A stretch of DNA of 64,000 nt from assembly GCA_963762145.1 (NCBI GenBank), contig CAVXJS010000007.1, positions 344,382-408,381 of the forward strand. The letters run 5' to 3'. Both the position numbers and the translations under genes were made by a program. The stretch comes from an uncultured Candidatus Rokubacteria bacterium. Its GTDB lineage: Bacteria > Methylomirabilota > Methylomirabilia > Rokubacteriales > CSP1-6. The notes beneath the pieces are model-generated. The model ran no database searches and was not told the origin of the DNA. It worked only from the letters and a program-made list of their open reading frames with translations. Shown in pieces: positions 12,111 through 25,279 of the stretch (position 1 is the stretch's first letter; every line of letters begins with the position of its first letter).

Positions 12111-13016
12111 ATGCGCTGGACGCGCGGGAACCGCAGCGAGGACCTCGAGGACCGGAGAGGGCAGTCGGCCGGCGGCGGGGGGCTGCGCATGGGCGGCGGC
12201 ATCGGCCTGGGCGGCGCCGTCGTCCTGCTCGTGCTGAGCCTGGTCTTCGGCCAGAACTTCTTCGCGCTGCTCGATGGCGGGGGTGACCTCGCGCCGGGGC
12301 CGGGCGGCGGGGCTCCGACGGGGCCGCCGCGCAAGGGCTCGCCCGCCGAGGAGCAGGCCGCCGACTTCATGTCCTTCGTGCTCGACGACGTGCAGAACAC
12401 GTGGGCCCAGGAGTTCACCCGCCTCGGCCGGGACTACGAGCGGGCGAAGCTCGTGCTCTTCACCGACGCGGTCCGCTCCGGCTGCGGCGCGGCGGACGCC
12501 GCGGCCGGGCCCTTCTACTGCCCCGAGGACCGGAAGGTCTACATCGACCTGGGCTTCTACAACGACCTGAAGAACCGGTTCGGGGCCCCGGGCGACTTCG
12601 CCCAGGCCTACGTGCTGGCCCACGAGATCGGCCACCACGTCCAGCACCTTCTGGGCCTGACCGAGCAGGTCCGCGCGCAGCAGAACCGGCCCGATCGCGC
12701 CAACGCGCTGTCGGTGCGCCTCGAGCTGCAGGCCGACTGCCTGGCGGGCATCTGGGCGCACTCCACCAACGAGCGCCGGCTGCTCGAGGAAGGCGACGTC
12801 GAGGAGGCCCTGGGCGCCGCCTCCGCGGTGGGCGACGACCGCATCCAGAAGCAGGCCGGCGGCCGCGTCTCGCCCGAGACCTGGACCCACGGATCGGCCC
12901 GCCAGCGCGCGGGCTGGTTCCGGCGCGGGCTCGAGTCGGGCCGGGTGCAGGACTGCGACACGTTCCGCACCGCCCTGCCGGGTGTCGAGGAGCGGGCCCC
13001 GCTGCGCTCCCGCTGA
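12111..13016 (+). CDS. Neutral zinc metallopeptidase, YpfJ-like
   Basis: GPFYCPED, YVLAHEIGHHVQ, ELQADCLAG and WTHGS motifs. Confidence 0.9.
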   Translation: MRWTRGNRSEDLEDRRGQSAGGGGLRMGGGIGLGGAVVLLVLSLVFGQNFFALLDGGGDLAPGPGGGAPTGPPRKGSPAEEQAADFMSFVLDDVQNTWAQEFTRLGRDYERAKLVLFTDAVRSGCGAADAAAGPFYCPEDRKVYIDLGFYNDLKNRFGAPGDFAQAYVLAHEIGHHVQHLLGLTEQVRAQQNRPDRANALSVRLELQADCLAGIWAHSTNERRLLEEGDVEEALGAASAVGDDRIQKQAGGRVSPETWTHGSARQRAGWFRRGLESGRVQDCDTFRTALPGVEERAPLRSR

Positions 13017-13051
13017 CCGCCTCTGGCGGTGTGGTAGACTCGCCGCCTGAT

Positions 13052-14059
13052 ATGGAGGTCCTCCTCGACGTCCGGGGTCTCCGCACCCAGTTCCACACCA
13101 AGGCGGGAGTGGTCCGCGCGGTGGACGGCGTGTCGTGGAACGTCCACAAGGGCGAGACGGTGGCCCTCGTGGGCGAGTCGGGCTGTGGCAAGTCGGTCAG
13201 CGCGCTCTCCGTGATGCGGCTCGTGTCGGCGCCCGCCGGGCGCATCGTCGAAGGCGAGATCCACTTCAAGGGGCGGAACCTCCTCGCGCTGCCGGAAGAG
13301 GAGATGCGCAAGGTGCGCGGGCGGGAGATCGGCATGATCTTCCAGGAGCCCATGACCTCGCTGAACCCGGTGCTCACCGTCGGGCGCCAGCTCACCGAGC
13401 CGCTCGAGATCCACCTCGGGATGACACGGGAGCGGGCGCAGGCGCGGGCGGTGGAGATGCTCTCGCTGGTGGGCATCACGGACGGGCCCCGCCGCCTCCG
13501 CCAGTTCCCGCACCAGTTCAGTGGGGGCATGCGCCAGCGCATCATGATCGCGATGGCCCTGGCGTGCGATCCGGCCCTGATCCTGGCCGACGAGCCGACC
13601 ACCGCGCTCGACGTGACGATCCAGGCCCAGATTCTCGAGCTCATGAAGAGCCTCTCGCGGCGGCTGGGCGTCGCGATCCTGATGATCACGCACAACCTGG
13701 GCGTGGTGGCGCGCTACGCGGACCGGGTGAACGTGATGTACGCGGGCAAGATCGTGGAGCGCGCGAGCGCGCGCGAGATCTACGCCAACCCGCGGCATCC
13801 CTACACGCTCGGGCTGCTGCGCTCGGTGCCGCGCCTGGACGAGCCGCGCCGGGCCAAGCTGCAGCCGATCCCCGGCCAGCCCCCCGACCTCTCGCGCCTG
13901 CCCGCCGGGTGCTCCTTCGCGCCCCGCTGCGCCTACGTGGTGGACCGCTGCCGCGCGGAGGTGCCGCCGCTCGACGAGATCAGCGCCGACCACGTCTCCG
14001 CCTGCTGGCTCGCCAAGGAGCTGCCAACTCTAACTCCCGCCGAAGTCGATGCCCGATAA
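13052..14059 (+). CDS. Peptide ABC transporter ATP-binding protein (DppD/OppD-like)
   Basis: [25 protein letters not shown] and HPYT motifs; C-terminal Cys cluster. Confidence 0.92.
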   Translation: MEVLLDVRGLRTQFHTKAGVVRAVDGVSWNVHKGETVALVGESGCGKSVSALSVMRLVSAPAGRIVEGEIHFKGRNLLALPEEEMRKVRGREIGMIFQEPMTSLNPVLTVGRQLTEPLEIHLGMTRERAQARAVEMLSLVGITDGPRRLRQFPHQFSGGMRQRIMIAMALACDPALILADEPTTALDVTIQAQILELMKSLSRRLGVAILMITHNLGVVARYADRVNVMYAGKIVERASAREIYANPRHPYTLGLLRSVPRLDEPRRAKLQPIPGQPPDLSRLPAGCSFAPRCAYVVDRCRAEVPPLDEISADHVSACWLAKELPTLTPAEVDAR

Positions 14060-15032
14060 CCAAGACCCGATTCTGGAAGTCCGGAATCTGGTGAAGCACT
14101 TCCAGATTGGCGGCGGCCTCTTCGGCGCCCGCGCCGCGACCGTGAAAGCGGTGGACGGCGTGAGCTTCTCGATCCGCCGGGGCGAGACGCTGGGCCTGGT
14201 CGGTGAGTCGGGCTGCGGCAAGACCACCACCGGCCGCGCCATTCTCCGGCTGGAGCCGCCCACCAGCGGCGAGGTGATCTTCGAGGGCCGGGACATGGCG
14301 AAGCTCTCGGACGCCGAGCTGCGCGGGATGCGCCGGCGGATGCAGGTCATCTTCCAGGATCCGTACAGCTCGCTCAACCCGCGGATGACGGTGGGCCAGA
14401 TCATCTCGGAGCCGCTCGCGGTCCACCGCATCGTCCCGGACCGGACCGCCCGCGCCGCGCGGGTCCACGAGCTGCTCCGCCACGCGGGCCTGCTGCCCAC
14501 CATGGCCCGCCGGTACCCGCACGAGCTGTCGGGGGGCCAGCGCCAGCGCGTCGGCATCGCCCGGGCGCTCGCCATGGAGCCGAGCCTGATCATCTGCGAC
14601 GAGCCGGTCTCGGCGCTGGACGTGTCCATCCAGGCCCAGATCATCAACCTGCTGGAGGAGCTCCAGACCGAATTCGGGCTGACCTACCTGTTCGTGGCCC
14701 ACGACCTCTCGGTGGTGCGCCACATCTCCGACCGGGTGGCCGTGATGTATCTGGGCAAGATCGTGGAGATTACCGACCGGAAGGCGCTCTACGAGGACCC
14801 CCAGCACCCCTACACGAAGGCTCTGCTCTCGGCGGTGCCCATCCCGGACCCGGCGGTGGAGGCCCTGCGGGAGCACGTGGTCCTGGGCGGGGAGGTGCCG
14901 AGCCCGTTGAACCCGCCGTCGGGGTGCGTCTTCCACCCCCGCTGCCCGATCGCGGTGGCCGATTGCCGCCAGATCGTGCCGGAGCTGCGGGAGATCAAGC
15001 CCGGGCATCAGGCGGCCTGCATCCGGCTGTAG
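14049..15032 (+). CDS. Peptide ABC transporter ATP-binding protein (DppF/OppF-like)
   Basis: [16 protein letters not shown] and CDEPVSALD motifs. Confidence 0.92.
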   Translation: MPDNQDPILEVRNLVKHFQIGGGLFGARAATVKAVDGVSFSIRRGETLGLVGESGCGKTTTGRAILRLEPPTSGEVIFEGRDMAKLSDAELRGMRRRMQVIFQDPYSSLNPRMTVGQIISEPLAVHRIVPDRTARAARVHELLRHAGLLPTMARRYPHELSGGQRQRVGIARALAMEPSLIICDEPVSALDVSIQAQIINLLEELQTEFGLTYLFVAHDLSVVRHISDRVAVMYLGKIVEITDRKALYEDPQHPYTKALLSAVPIPDPAVEALREHVVLGGEVPSPLNPPSGCVFHPRCPIAVADCRQIVPELREIKPGHQAACIRL

Positions 15033-15039
15033 GGCGCGC

Positions 15040-15069
15040 TTGACAGGGCAGGGCGCTGCCCGCTAAAGT
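15040..15069 (+). promoter_or_regulatory. Sigma70-type promoter for the binding-protein gene
   Basis: TTGACA-N18-TAAAGT about 90 nt upstream of ATG 15157. Confidence 0.6.
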
Positions 15070-15156
15070 AGCGAAACTTAGACGGAACCAAGATCCACCC
15101 TCAAGGATTGATACCTCAACAGGCTCGGTTTGCACATCTCATCGGGGAGGTGGCTC

Positions 15157-16762
15157 ATGCGCCATCGACACAATTGGCTGCGCGGCTCGCTCGTCGCACT
15201 CGCTCTGGTGCTGTCCAGTGGTTGGACCGGGGCGGTCGCCCAGGACAAGCCACGCTCCGGCGGAGAGCTCCTCTTCGTGGTGCCCTCGGAGCCGCCGTCC
15301 TACGACGCGCATGCCGAGGAGACCTTCGGTGTCATCCACCCGATGGCTCCGCACTACAGCACGCTCCTCAAGGTGGACCCGTTCGACAAGACGGGCACCA
15401 AGCCGGTCGGGGACCTTGCGGAATCCTGGACGATCTCCAAGGAAGGGCTGGTCTACACGTTCAAGCTGCGTCACGGGGTGAAGTTCCACGACGGCAGCGA
15501 CATGACGTCGAAGGACGTGAAGGCCTCCTACGACAAGATCATCTTCCCGGCCGCGGGCGTGAAGTCGCTGCGCAAGGACGCCTACCGCTCGGTCGAGGTG
15601 GTGGAGGCGCCGGACGCCCACACGGTCCGTTTCCGGCTGAAGTACCCCGAGTCGTCCTTCCTGCTGAACCTGGCGTCCCCCTGGAACTGGATCTACAAGG
15701 CCGACATCTTGGCCAAGGACATCAACTGGTACGCGAAGAACGTGATGGGGACCGGCCCCTTCACCTTCGTCGAGCACGTCAAGGGCTCGCACTGGGTCGG
15801 CAAGAAGAACCCGAACTACTGGGACAAGGGCAAGCCCTACCTCGACGGGTACCGGGCGATGTTCATGAGCTCGTCCTCCTCGCAGGTGGCTGCGATCCGG
15901 GGCGAGCGGGCGCACATCCAGTTCCGCGGCTTCAGCCCGGCCGAGCGCGAGCAGCTCGTCCAGGCGATGGGCAACAAGATCACGGTGCAGGAGAGCCCCT
16001 GGGACTGCCTGAACTTCGTCTCGATGCACCACGAGAAGAAGCCCTTCGATGACAAGCGGGTGCGGCGTGCCCTCTCGCTCGCGCTCGACCGGTACGAGGC
16101 CTCCCAGAAGCTCTCCAAGATCACGATCGTGCGGGACGTGAGCGGGGTGCAGGTGCCCGGCACCCCGTACGCGACCCCGCCCGCGGAGCTGGAGAAGCTG
16201 GCCGGCTACGGGCGGGACATCAACGCGGCGCGCGCCGAGGCCAAGCGCCTGCTGCGCGAGGCGGGCGTGCCCGACGGGTTCTCGTTCACGTTCAAGAACC
16301 GCGGGATCCCGCATCCCTACGAGCCGGTGGGCATCTGGCTCGTGGACCAGTGGCGGCAGATCGGACTGAACGTCAAGATGGAGATGATCGAGGCGTCCGC
16401 GTACCACCCGATGCTCAAGCGCGGGGACTTCGAGGTCGCGATGGACTTCCAGTGCGGCTTCATCGTCGAGCCCGACCTGGACCTTCCGCGCTTCATCAGC
16501 GCCTCCGACGCGAACTACGGCAAGCACAAGGACAAGATGATCGACGAGCTGTTCGAGAAGCAGGCCCGGGCCGCCGACGTGGAGGAGCGCAAGAAGCTAC
16601 ATCCGCGCCTTCGAGAAGCGCCTGCTCGACGAGGAGGTGCACGTGCTCTGGACGATCCAGTGGCACCGCATCATCCCGCACAACTCGAAAGTGAAGGGCT
16701 GGACGATCACCCCCAGCCACTACCTCAACAACCAGCTCGACACCGTCTGGCTGTCGGAATAG
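15157..16762 (+). CDS. Family 5 ABC substrate-binding protein (indel near 16600)
   Basis: Signal peptide; LAESWTIS..YTFKLRHGVKFHDG, GTGPF and DKRVRRALSLA motifs; SD GGGAGG. Confidence 0.9.
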
Positions 16763-16820
16763 ACGAGGCCCCGGCGGGCCCGCGCCGGGACTCTGGCCGG
16801 CGCGGGCTCGCTCCCAGATC

Positions 16821-17775
16821 ATGTGGAAGTACCTGCTGAAGCGATTCCTCCTCATGTTCCCCACCCTCATCGGGGTGGCGATCGTCACGTTCTTCCTCAT
16901 CCGCGTGATCCCGGGCGACGTGGTGGAGCTGCGGCTCGCGGGCGACCGCGGCGCCGCGTCCGACGCCGCCATCAAGATGGAGCGTGAGCGGTTCGGGCTC
17001 GACCAGCCGCTCTGGAAGCAGTTCGCGACCTGGATGCTGGGGGTGGCCCGCCTCGACTTCGGCACCTCGATGTGGACGGGCTCGCCGATCTGGGAGGAGA
17101 TCAAGCTCCGCTTCGCGCTGTCGCTGCAGGTGGCGATCATGGCCACCCTCGTGGCGGTGATCCTGGCGGTGCCGTTAGGTGTGCTCGCCGCCCTCAAGCA
17201 GGACACCTGGATAGACTACGCGGTCCGCATCTTCTCCATCGCGGGCCTGGCGGTGCCGTCGTTCTGGCTCGGCATCCTGTTCATCCTCACGCTCCTGATC
17301 GTCTTCAAGTGGCTGCCGCCCATGGTCTACACGCCGTTCTGGGTGAACCCGTGGCAGAACATGCTGCAGCTCATCTGGCCCGCGCTCGCGGTCGGCTACC
17401 GCTACTCGGCGGTGGCCACCCGCATGACCCGCTCCGCGATGCTCGAGGTGCTCCGCGAGGACTACATCCGCACCGCGCGGGCCAAGGGGCTCGTGCAGAC
17501 GCCTGATCCTGGTCCGCCACGCGCTCAAGAACGCGATGCTGCCGGTGATGACCGTGATCGGCGCTGGAGTTCGCGTTCCTGATCGGCGGCCTCGTGGTGA
17601 CCGAGCAGGTCTTCAACCTGAACGGCTCGGGCTGCTCTTCGTGCAGGCGGTGGCCCACCGCGACTACACGCTGGTCCAGGCCCTCGTGATGCTGGTGGCG
17701 GGCATCTTCATCTTCGTGAACTTCGCCATGGACGTGATGTACGCGTGGATCGACCCGCGCATCCGGTTCCGGTAA
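16821..17775 (+). CDS. Peptide ABC transporter permease (DppB-like; indels)
   Basis: TRSAMLEVLREDYIRTARAKG EAA loop; ends YAWIDPRIRFR. Confidence 0.88.
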
Positions 17776-17779
17776 GATC

Positions 17780-18701
17780 ATGGCCATAGACCTCGCCGGA
17801 GTCGACCATGGCGATACCGCGCGAGGACGCGGCCGAGCCCGGACCGGCGAGCGCGCTGGCTCGCCGCGTTCCGCGACTTCGCGCGCCAGCCGCACCCTGG
17901 GCGCGGTCGGCGCGGCGCGTGGTGCTGCTGATGCTCGTGCTCGCGGTGTTCGCGGAGCGTGCTCGCGCCCTACGACCCGGTGGCGGTGGACTTCGGCGCC
18001 ATGCTCGCCGCGGCCGAACGGCGCGCACTGGCTCGGCACCGACGCCTTCGGCCGCGACGTGCTCTCGCGGCTCATCTACGGCTCGCGCACCGCGCTCCTG
18101 GTGGGCTTCGGCGCCGCGCTGATGGGCGCCACCATCGGGGCCATCCTGGGCGTGGGCAGCGCCTACTTCGGCGGGCTGGTGGACCTCTACCTGCAGCGCC
18201 TGATGGACATCTTCCTCTCGTTCCCGCTGATCATCCTGGCGCTGGCCCTGGTGGCGATCCTCGGCAACTAGCATCCCGAACGTGATCGTGGCCATCACGA
18301 TCCCCATGATCCCGCGGGCCGCCCTCGTCATCCGATCCTCGCGCTGACGATCCGCGAGATGCCGTACGTGGACGCGGCGCGGGCCGCCGGCTTCGGCCAC
18401 GCGCGGATCATCCTGCGCCACATGCTGCCGAACGTGGTGGCGTCCGTACCTGATCATGCTGACCGCGTTCCTGAGCCAGGCCATCCTGCTCGAGTCCTCG
18501 CTGTCGTTCCTGGGCCTGGGCGTGCAGGAGCCGACGCCCGCGTGGGGGCTGATGCTGCGGGGGGCCGCGGTGGAGTTCGCGGAGGCGGCGCCGTGGATGG
18601 CGCTCTTCCCGGGCCTGGCCATCAGCGTGGCCGTGTTCGCCTTCAACCTGTTCGGCGACTCGCTGCGCGACGCGCTCGACCCGAAGCTCCGCACGCTCTG
18701 A
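17780..18701 (+). CDS. Peptide ABC transporter permease (DppC-like; indels, start uncertain)
   Basis: HWLGTDAFGRDVLSRLIYGSR, YVDAARAAG and FNLFGDSLRDALDPK motifs. Confidence 0.85.
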
Positions 18702-18717
18702 GGTGGGGTCGAACGGC

Positions 18718-18746
18718 TTGACACCTGCGGCGCAAGTTGGTAGAAA
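18718..18746 (+). promoter_or_regulatory. Sigma70-type promoter for ferredoxin
   Basis: TTGACA-N17-TAGAAA. Confidence 0.55.
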
Positions 18747-18798
18747 TATGTGGGTTTCCAGGCAGGTATCCAGGGTCACCGGTTAACAGGAGGCCGGA

Positions 18799-19065
18799 AT
18801 GGCGTATATCATCGCGGAGCCGTGCGTCAACGTGAAGGACAAGGCCTGCGTCGAGGTCTGCCCGGTGGATTGCATCTACGAGGGCGAGACCATGCTCTAC
18901 ATCCACCCGGATGAGTGCATCGACTGCGGGGCTTGTGAGCCCGTCTGCCCGGTGAAGGCGATCTTCGCCGAAGACGAGACGCCGGCCAACTGGAAGAACT
19001 ACATCGAGATGAACAAGCAGTTCTTCAAGGACAACCCGGGCGTCAAGCCGGCCACCAAGGCGTAG
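18799..19065 (+). CDS. 7Fe (3Fe-4S/4Fe-4S) ferredoxin, FdxA-like
   Basis: CVNVKDKACVEVCPVDC and CIDCGACEPVCP motifs; SD AGGAGG. Confidence 0.93.
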   Translation: MAYIIAEPCVNVKDKACVEVCPVDCIYEGETMLYIHPDECIDCGACEPVCPVKAIFAEDETPANWKNYIEMNKQFFKDNPGVKPATKA

Positions 19066-19091
19066 CCGGCTCGGGCGTCCGATCGCCTGAC

Positions 19092-19121
19092 GAGGGACCC
19101 GTTCGCGGGTCCCTCTTTTTT
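19092..19121 (+). terminator. Rho-independent terminator after ferredoxin
   Basis: GAGGGACCCG-TTCG-CGGGTCCCTC followed by a T-run. Confidence 0.88.
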
Positions 19122-19222
19122 GCCCTGACGCGACGGCACGGCCGGGCGTGGGCTGCACACCGCGCGGTGCACGGCGCGCCCGGATCGCGCGGAATTCGCC
19201 GCGAAGGGCCCGTCGACGCGCG

Positions 19223-19237
19223 TGGCACAGGCCTTGC
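19223..19237 (+). promoter_or_regulatory. Sigma54 -24/-12 promoter
   Basis: TGGCAC-AGGCC-TTGC with the correct GG-N10-GC spacing, 14 nt upstream of ATG 19252. Confidence 0.65.
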
Positions 19238-19251
19238 GATAGCGTTCGCGC

Positions 19252-19587
19252 ATGACAGCCTTGATGCCCGCTCCCGAGACCGCTCCCCGGCCTTCGTCGC
19301 CTCGCGTGCCCAAGGGTCTCTCCGGGTCGACCGCGGCGCCGACCGCGCCCGCGCGACCGCTCCCCGGCTTTCACGGCGCGGTCTCCGACTTCAAGCGCCG
19401 CCTGCTCGAGGCCACGCTCACCCAGGCGGGCGGCAATCGCACGCGCGCCGCTCGCGCGCTCGGACTGCAGCGCACGTACCTGCTGCGCCTGATCCGCGAG
19501 TTCGAGATCCGCGTGCCGCCCGGGCCGCTGCCCGCGCGGCGTGCGGCGGCGGACGGGCCGCCCGCCGCGCCAGCGCAAACACGTTGA
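19252..19587 (+). CDS. Stand-alone Fis-type HTH protein
   Basis: FKRRLLEATLTQAGGNRTRAARALGLQRTYLLRLI, flanked by low-complexity Pro/Ala arms. Confidence 0.75.
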   Translation: MTALMPAPETAPRPSSPRVPKGLSGSTAAPTAPARPLPGFHGAVSDFKRRLLEATLTQAGGNRTRAARALGLQRTYLLRLIREFEIRVPPGPLPARRAAADGPPAAPAQTR

Positions 19588-19619
19588 CACCCGGTCACGC
19601 CCCGGTTTGAAATGGACGG

Positions 19620-20747
19620 GTGAGCGACGTGTGGATCGCCGGCGCGGGGATGACCCGCTTCGGCCGGCGCGACGAGAACCTCCAGGACCTCATGGCGGAG
19701 GCGGGCCTGGCCGCCATGCTCGACGCGGGCATCGAGCGGCCCGACGCTCTCGTGGTCGCGGCGATGAACCCCGAGGAGTTCACCGGCGACGGCAACTACG
19801 CCTCGCTGATCGCCACGCGCCTCGGCCTCTCGCAGGTGCCCGCATTGCGAGTGGAGACCGCGACATCCTCCGGCGTCGCCGCCATCTACTCGGCCTACGC
19901 GGCGATCGCGGCCGGCTTTCACCGCTCCGTCCTGGTGGTGGGCGGCGAGAAGATGACCCACCTGCCGACGCCGCGCGTGTCCGAGATCATCGGGCGCTCC
20001 ATCGATCCGCACGAGAAGAGCTACGGCACGACGATGCCCGCCCTCGCCGGGCTCATCACGCGCGCGGTCATGCACCGGCGCGGGCTCTCGCTGCGCGAGA
20101 TCTCGCAGGTGGCGGTGAAGAACCACGCCCACGGCGCGCGCAATCCCTTCGCCCACTTCCAGGAAGCGGTGACGATCGAGGCGGTGATGGAGAGCCGGCT
20201 CGTGGCGGATCCGCTCCGCCTCTTCCACTGCTGCCCCATCTCCGACGGCGGCGCCGCCATATTGTTGACGCCGGACCGTCGCCCGGTGCGGGTGGCCGGG
20301 ATCGGGCAGGGGGCGGACACGATCGCGGTGCGCTACCGGACGGACCTGACCTCGTTCCGCGCCACGCAGGCCGCGGCGGAGGCGGCCTATCGCATGGCCG
20401 GCTTCGGGCCCGCGCGCGTGGAGGTGGCGGAGATCCACGACGCGTTCGCCCCGTTCGAGCTGATCTCGCTCGAGGATACCGGGCTCGTGCCGGTGGGCAA
20501 GGCGGGGCGGGCCACGCTCGACGGGGAGACCGCCATCGGCGGGCGGCTGCCCGTGAACACCTCGGGCGGGCTCAAGGCGCGCGGCCACCCGCTCGCCGCC
20601 ACCGGCATCTCGCAGATCGTGGAGCTCTTCTGGCAGCTCACCGGACGGGCCGACGGCCGCCAGGTGGAGGCGCGCGTGGCGCTCGCCCAGTCCATCGGGG
20701 GGCTCGCCACCAACAACTGGGTGACCCTGCTGGAGGCGCGCCGCTGA
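19620..20747 (+). CDS. Thiolase-superfamily protein (SCP2/archaeal type) lacking the nucleophilic Cys
   Basis: [27 protein letters not shown] and [17 protein letters not shown] motifs; VETATSSG replaces ExACxSG. Confidence 0.88.
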   Translation: MSDVWIAGAGMTRFGRRDENLQDLMAEAGLAAMLDAGIERPDALVVAAMNPEEFTGDGNYASLIATRLGLSQVPALRVETATSSGVAAIYSAYAAIAAGFHRSVLVVGGEKMTHLPTPRVSEIIGRSIDPHEKSYGTTMPALAGLITRAVMHRRGLSLREISQVAVKNHAHGARNPFAHFQEAVTIEAVMESRLVADPLRLFHCCPISDGGAAILLTPDRRPVRVAGIGQGADTIAVRYRTDLTSFRATQAAAEAAYRMAGFGPARVEVAEIHDAFAPFELISLEDTGLVPVGKAGRATLDGETAIGGRLPVNTSGGLKARGHPLAATGISQIVELFWQLTGRADGRQVEARVALAQSIGGLATNNWVTLLEARR

Positions 20748-21173
20748 TGCCCGAGCGGATCCGCGCCTCGCGCTGTCCGCGCTGCCGGCGCCTCGTGGTG
20801 CCGCCCGCGCAGCATCTGCCCCGACCATCCGGTGCGGATGGTGGACGCGTCGCTGCCGCCGTCGGGGAGGTCGTCTCGTTCACGACCCTGCACTCGCCGC
20901 CCGAGGGGTTCCGGGCTCCCGCTCCACATGGCGCTCGTCGAGCTCGAGGGGGGGCCCGGCTGTTCTGCCATGGCAGGCCACCGAGGGCGTGAAGATCGGC
21001 TCCCGGGTGTCGGTGGAAGCGGTAGACTCCGTGTTCTACTTCTCTCACATCGGATTCGCGGACCGGGCGCGCCTCTTCTGGCGCCGCGCCGGCGCCGGGG
21101 GTGAGAAGGTCGCCGCGATCGGCAAGAGCGTCGTCAAGGCATGTGGAACAGGAGGCCCCGTGGCGAAGACTAA
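20747..21173 (+). CDS. DUF35 Zn-ribbon/OB-fold protein (indels)
   Basis: [32 protein letters not shown] and ALVELEGG motifs; TGATG coupling to the thiolase. Confidence 0.75.
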
Positions 21174-22431
21174 GCCCCGCGCCCGCAAGACCGCCGCCGC
21201 CGCCCGCTCGAAGCCCGCGGCCCGCCGGACGCCCGCCCGTCCGCCGCTGGCCGGCATGCGGGTCATCGACCTCACCCGCGTGCTCGCCGGGCCCTTCTGC
21301 GCCATGTCGCTGGGCGACATGGGCGCCGAGGTGATCAAGATCGAGGAGCCCGGCAAGGGCGACGACACGCGCGGCTGGCCGCCGTTCGTGGGCGGCGAGG
21401 CGACGTACTTCCTCTCCGTCAACCGCAACAAGAAGAGCCTCACCCTGAACCTGAAGGCGCCCGAAGGGCAGGAAATCCTGCGAGCGGCTGATCGCCTCGG
21501 CCGACGTGGTGCTGGAGAACTTCCGCCCCGGCACCATGGAGCGCCTCGGCTTCGGCTACGAGGCGCTCGCGCCGAGCAATCCGCGGCTCGTCTACTGCTC
21601 GATCTCGGGCTTCGGCGAGAGCGGGCCGGAGGCGCGCCGCCCGGGCTACGACCTGATCGTGCAGGGCGAGTCCGGGGTCATGGACATCACCGGCTTCCCC
21701 GACGGCCCGCCGGTGAAGGTGGGCAACTCGGTCGGCGACCTCGTGTCGGGCATGGCCGCGGCGCAGGGCATCACGCTCGCGCTGCTCGCGCCGCGAGCGC
21801 ACCGGGCGCGGGCAGAAGGTCGAGATCGGCATGCTCGACGTGATGGCCTCGCTGCTCACCTACCAGGCCGGGCTCTACTGAACGCGGGCGGCCGGCCCGC
21901 CCGCCGCGGCAACCAGCACCCGTCGATCGTGCCCTACGAGGTCTTCCAGGCGCAGGACGCGTACATCACCGCTCGGCGTGGCCAACAACTCGCTCTGGGA
22001 GCGCACGTGCCGGGCCCTGGACCGCGCCGACCTCATCGAAGGACCCGCGCTTCGACACCGAGGCCAACCGCGTGACGAACCGCGACGTGCTGGTGCCCGC
22101 TCCTCGACGAGATCCTCGGCGCGCGGCCCGCCGACGAGTGGCTCGCGCGCCTGGAGCAAGGCGCGGCGTGCCCGCCGGGCCGCATCAAGACCGTGGCCGA
22201 GGTGTGCGAGAGCCCCCACCTCAAGGCGCGCGGGCATGGTGGTCTCGCTGCCGCATCCGAAGGCGGGAGCCGATCACGGTGATGGGCGTGCCGGTGCGGC
22301 TGCACGACACGCCGGGCGCGGCCAGGCTGGCGCCGCCGCTGCTCGGCCAGCACACCGACGAGATCCTGACCGGGCTCCTCCGCCTGCCGAAAGCGCGGGT
22401 GGAGAAGCTGCGGGCCGCCGGCGTGGTGTAG
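21160..22431 (+). CDS. Family III CoA-transferase (CaiB/BaiF; indels)
   Basis: [42 protein letters not shown] and [12 protein letters not shown] motifs. Confidence 0.9.
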
Positions 22432-22432
22432 G

Positions 22433-22876
22433 GTGGCGCCCGATGACGCCGCGGTCGTGAAGACGGGCCCGCTCGGGCTCGAGGTCGGGCAGCGCGCGCG
22501 CCGCACCCAGACCGTGACCGCGCATGAGGTCGAGCTCTACGCCCAGATCACGGGCGACCGGAACCCGCTCCACTTCGACGCGGACTTCGCCGCCCGCACC
22601 CGGTTCGGGCGCCTGGTCGCGCAGGGGGGCATCGCGGCGGGCATGCTCAACGCGCTGGTCGCCATGGACCTGCCGGGTCCGGGCACCGTGTTCATGAGCC
22701 AGTCGCTCAAGTACCTGGCGCCGACGTACCTGGGCGACACCGTGACCGCGGAGATCGAGGTGCTGTCGCTCAAGCCGGACAAGCCGGTCTGCCAGCTCCG
22801 CGCGGTCATCACCAACCAGGACGGCGTCACCCTTCTGGAAGGCGAGTGCTGGACGTACACCATGCGCCCCGCCTGA
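22433..22876 (+). CDS. MaoC-family (R)-hydratase
   Basis: YAQITGDRNPLHFD hydratase-2 motif. Confidence 0.88.
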   Translation: MAPDDAAVVKTGPLGLEVGQRARRTQTVTAHEVELYAQITGDRNPLHFDADFAARTRFGRLVAQGGIAAGMLNALVAMDLPGPGTVFMSQSLKYLAPTYLGDTVTAEIEVLSLKPDKPVCQLRAVITNQDGVTLLEGECWTYTMRPA

Positions 22877-22888
22877 TCCGCGCGCGGC

Positions 22889-23620
22889 TCACCAGAGGCT
22901 GCGGAGCAGGAGCCAGGCGCCGAGCAGGCCGAGGAAGCCCAGCACCGCGCGGTTGAATCCTCGCTGATCCAGACGGTCCTGCACGCGCAGGCCCACCGCG
23001 AAGCCGGCCAGACCCACCGCGGTCAGGGCGAGCGAGAGCCAGAGCAGCGACCAGGGCAGGAGCCCGTACCAGCTCACCGCGCCGAGCTGGACCAGCTTGT
23101 AGAAGAAGAACGTGAAGGCCACCGAGGACACGAAGTCGTGCTTCGGGAGGCCGATGGCCTGGAAGTACAGCACGAGCGGGGTGGCGGGCGCATTGGTGAT
23201 CCCGCCGATGACGCCCGCGATGAAGCCGGCGGGCGCCGAGAGCCAGCGCTCCCAGTGCGGCGGCACGCGCGGGGTCAGGCCGGTCGCGTTGAGCGCGACG
23301 AAGCAGAGCACGACGATGCCCAGGATCACCGTCGTCGCCCGGGGCGACAGGGCGGCGAGCGCTCGCGTGCCGAGGATCGTGCCGAGGGCGCCCGCGGCGA
23401 GCAGCACCCAGAAGCGGCGCGCGGTGGCGAGCGGGGCGCCGCGCCGCGCGAACTGGATGCCGTCCATCACGATGTTCGGCAGGATCAGGACGACCACCGC
23501 GGTCTTGACGTCGACCAGCAGGCTGAGCAAGGGAGTGCCGAGGGCGGGGAATCCGAAGCCGATGGCCCCCTTCACGAAGGCCGCGCCCAGCACCACCGCC
23601 GCCATGAGGGCCGCGAGCAC
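22889..23620 (-). CDS. TauE/SafE-family membrane protein
   Basis: [12 protein letters not shown] motif and hydrophobic segments; GTG start inferred 6 nt after TATGCT. Confidence 0.85.
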   Translation of the reverse strand: MLAALMAAVVLGAAFVKGAIGFGFPALGTPLLSLLVDVKTAVVVLILPNIVMDGIQFARRGAPLATARRFWVLLAAGALGTILGTRALAALSPRATTVILGIVVLCFVALNATGLTPRVPPHWERWLSAPAGFIAGVIGGITNAPATPLVLYFQAIGLPKHDFVSSVAFTFFFYKLVQLGAVSWYGLLPWSLLWLSLALTAVGLAGFAVGLRVQDRLDQRGFNRAVLGFLGLLGAWLLLRSLW

Positions 23621-23675
23621 GTCCCGAGCATAACTTGACACTCGCCGGCCGGCGGCGGGATGATACGGCCCACCT

Positions 23676-25278
<1,603 letters not shown>

Positions 25279-25279
25279 G

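Noticed and set aside
15070-15156. Leader upstream of the SBP gene as a riboswitch
   Set aside because: No riboswitch consensus or convincing stems were recognised by eye; an Rfam/Infernal scan would be needed.
18269-18271. In-frame TAG in the dppC-like gene as possible recoding
   Set aside because: The coding frame shifts at this point (AAC-t-AGC), which indicates an inserted base and not read-through.
20989-21843. Apparent DUF35-CoA-transferase fusion
   Set aside because: A good SD (AGGAGG) with GTG at 21160 and a TAA at 21171 suggest two genes joined by an indel.
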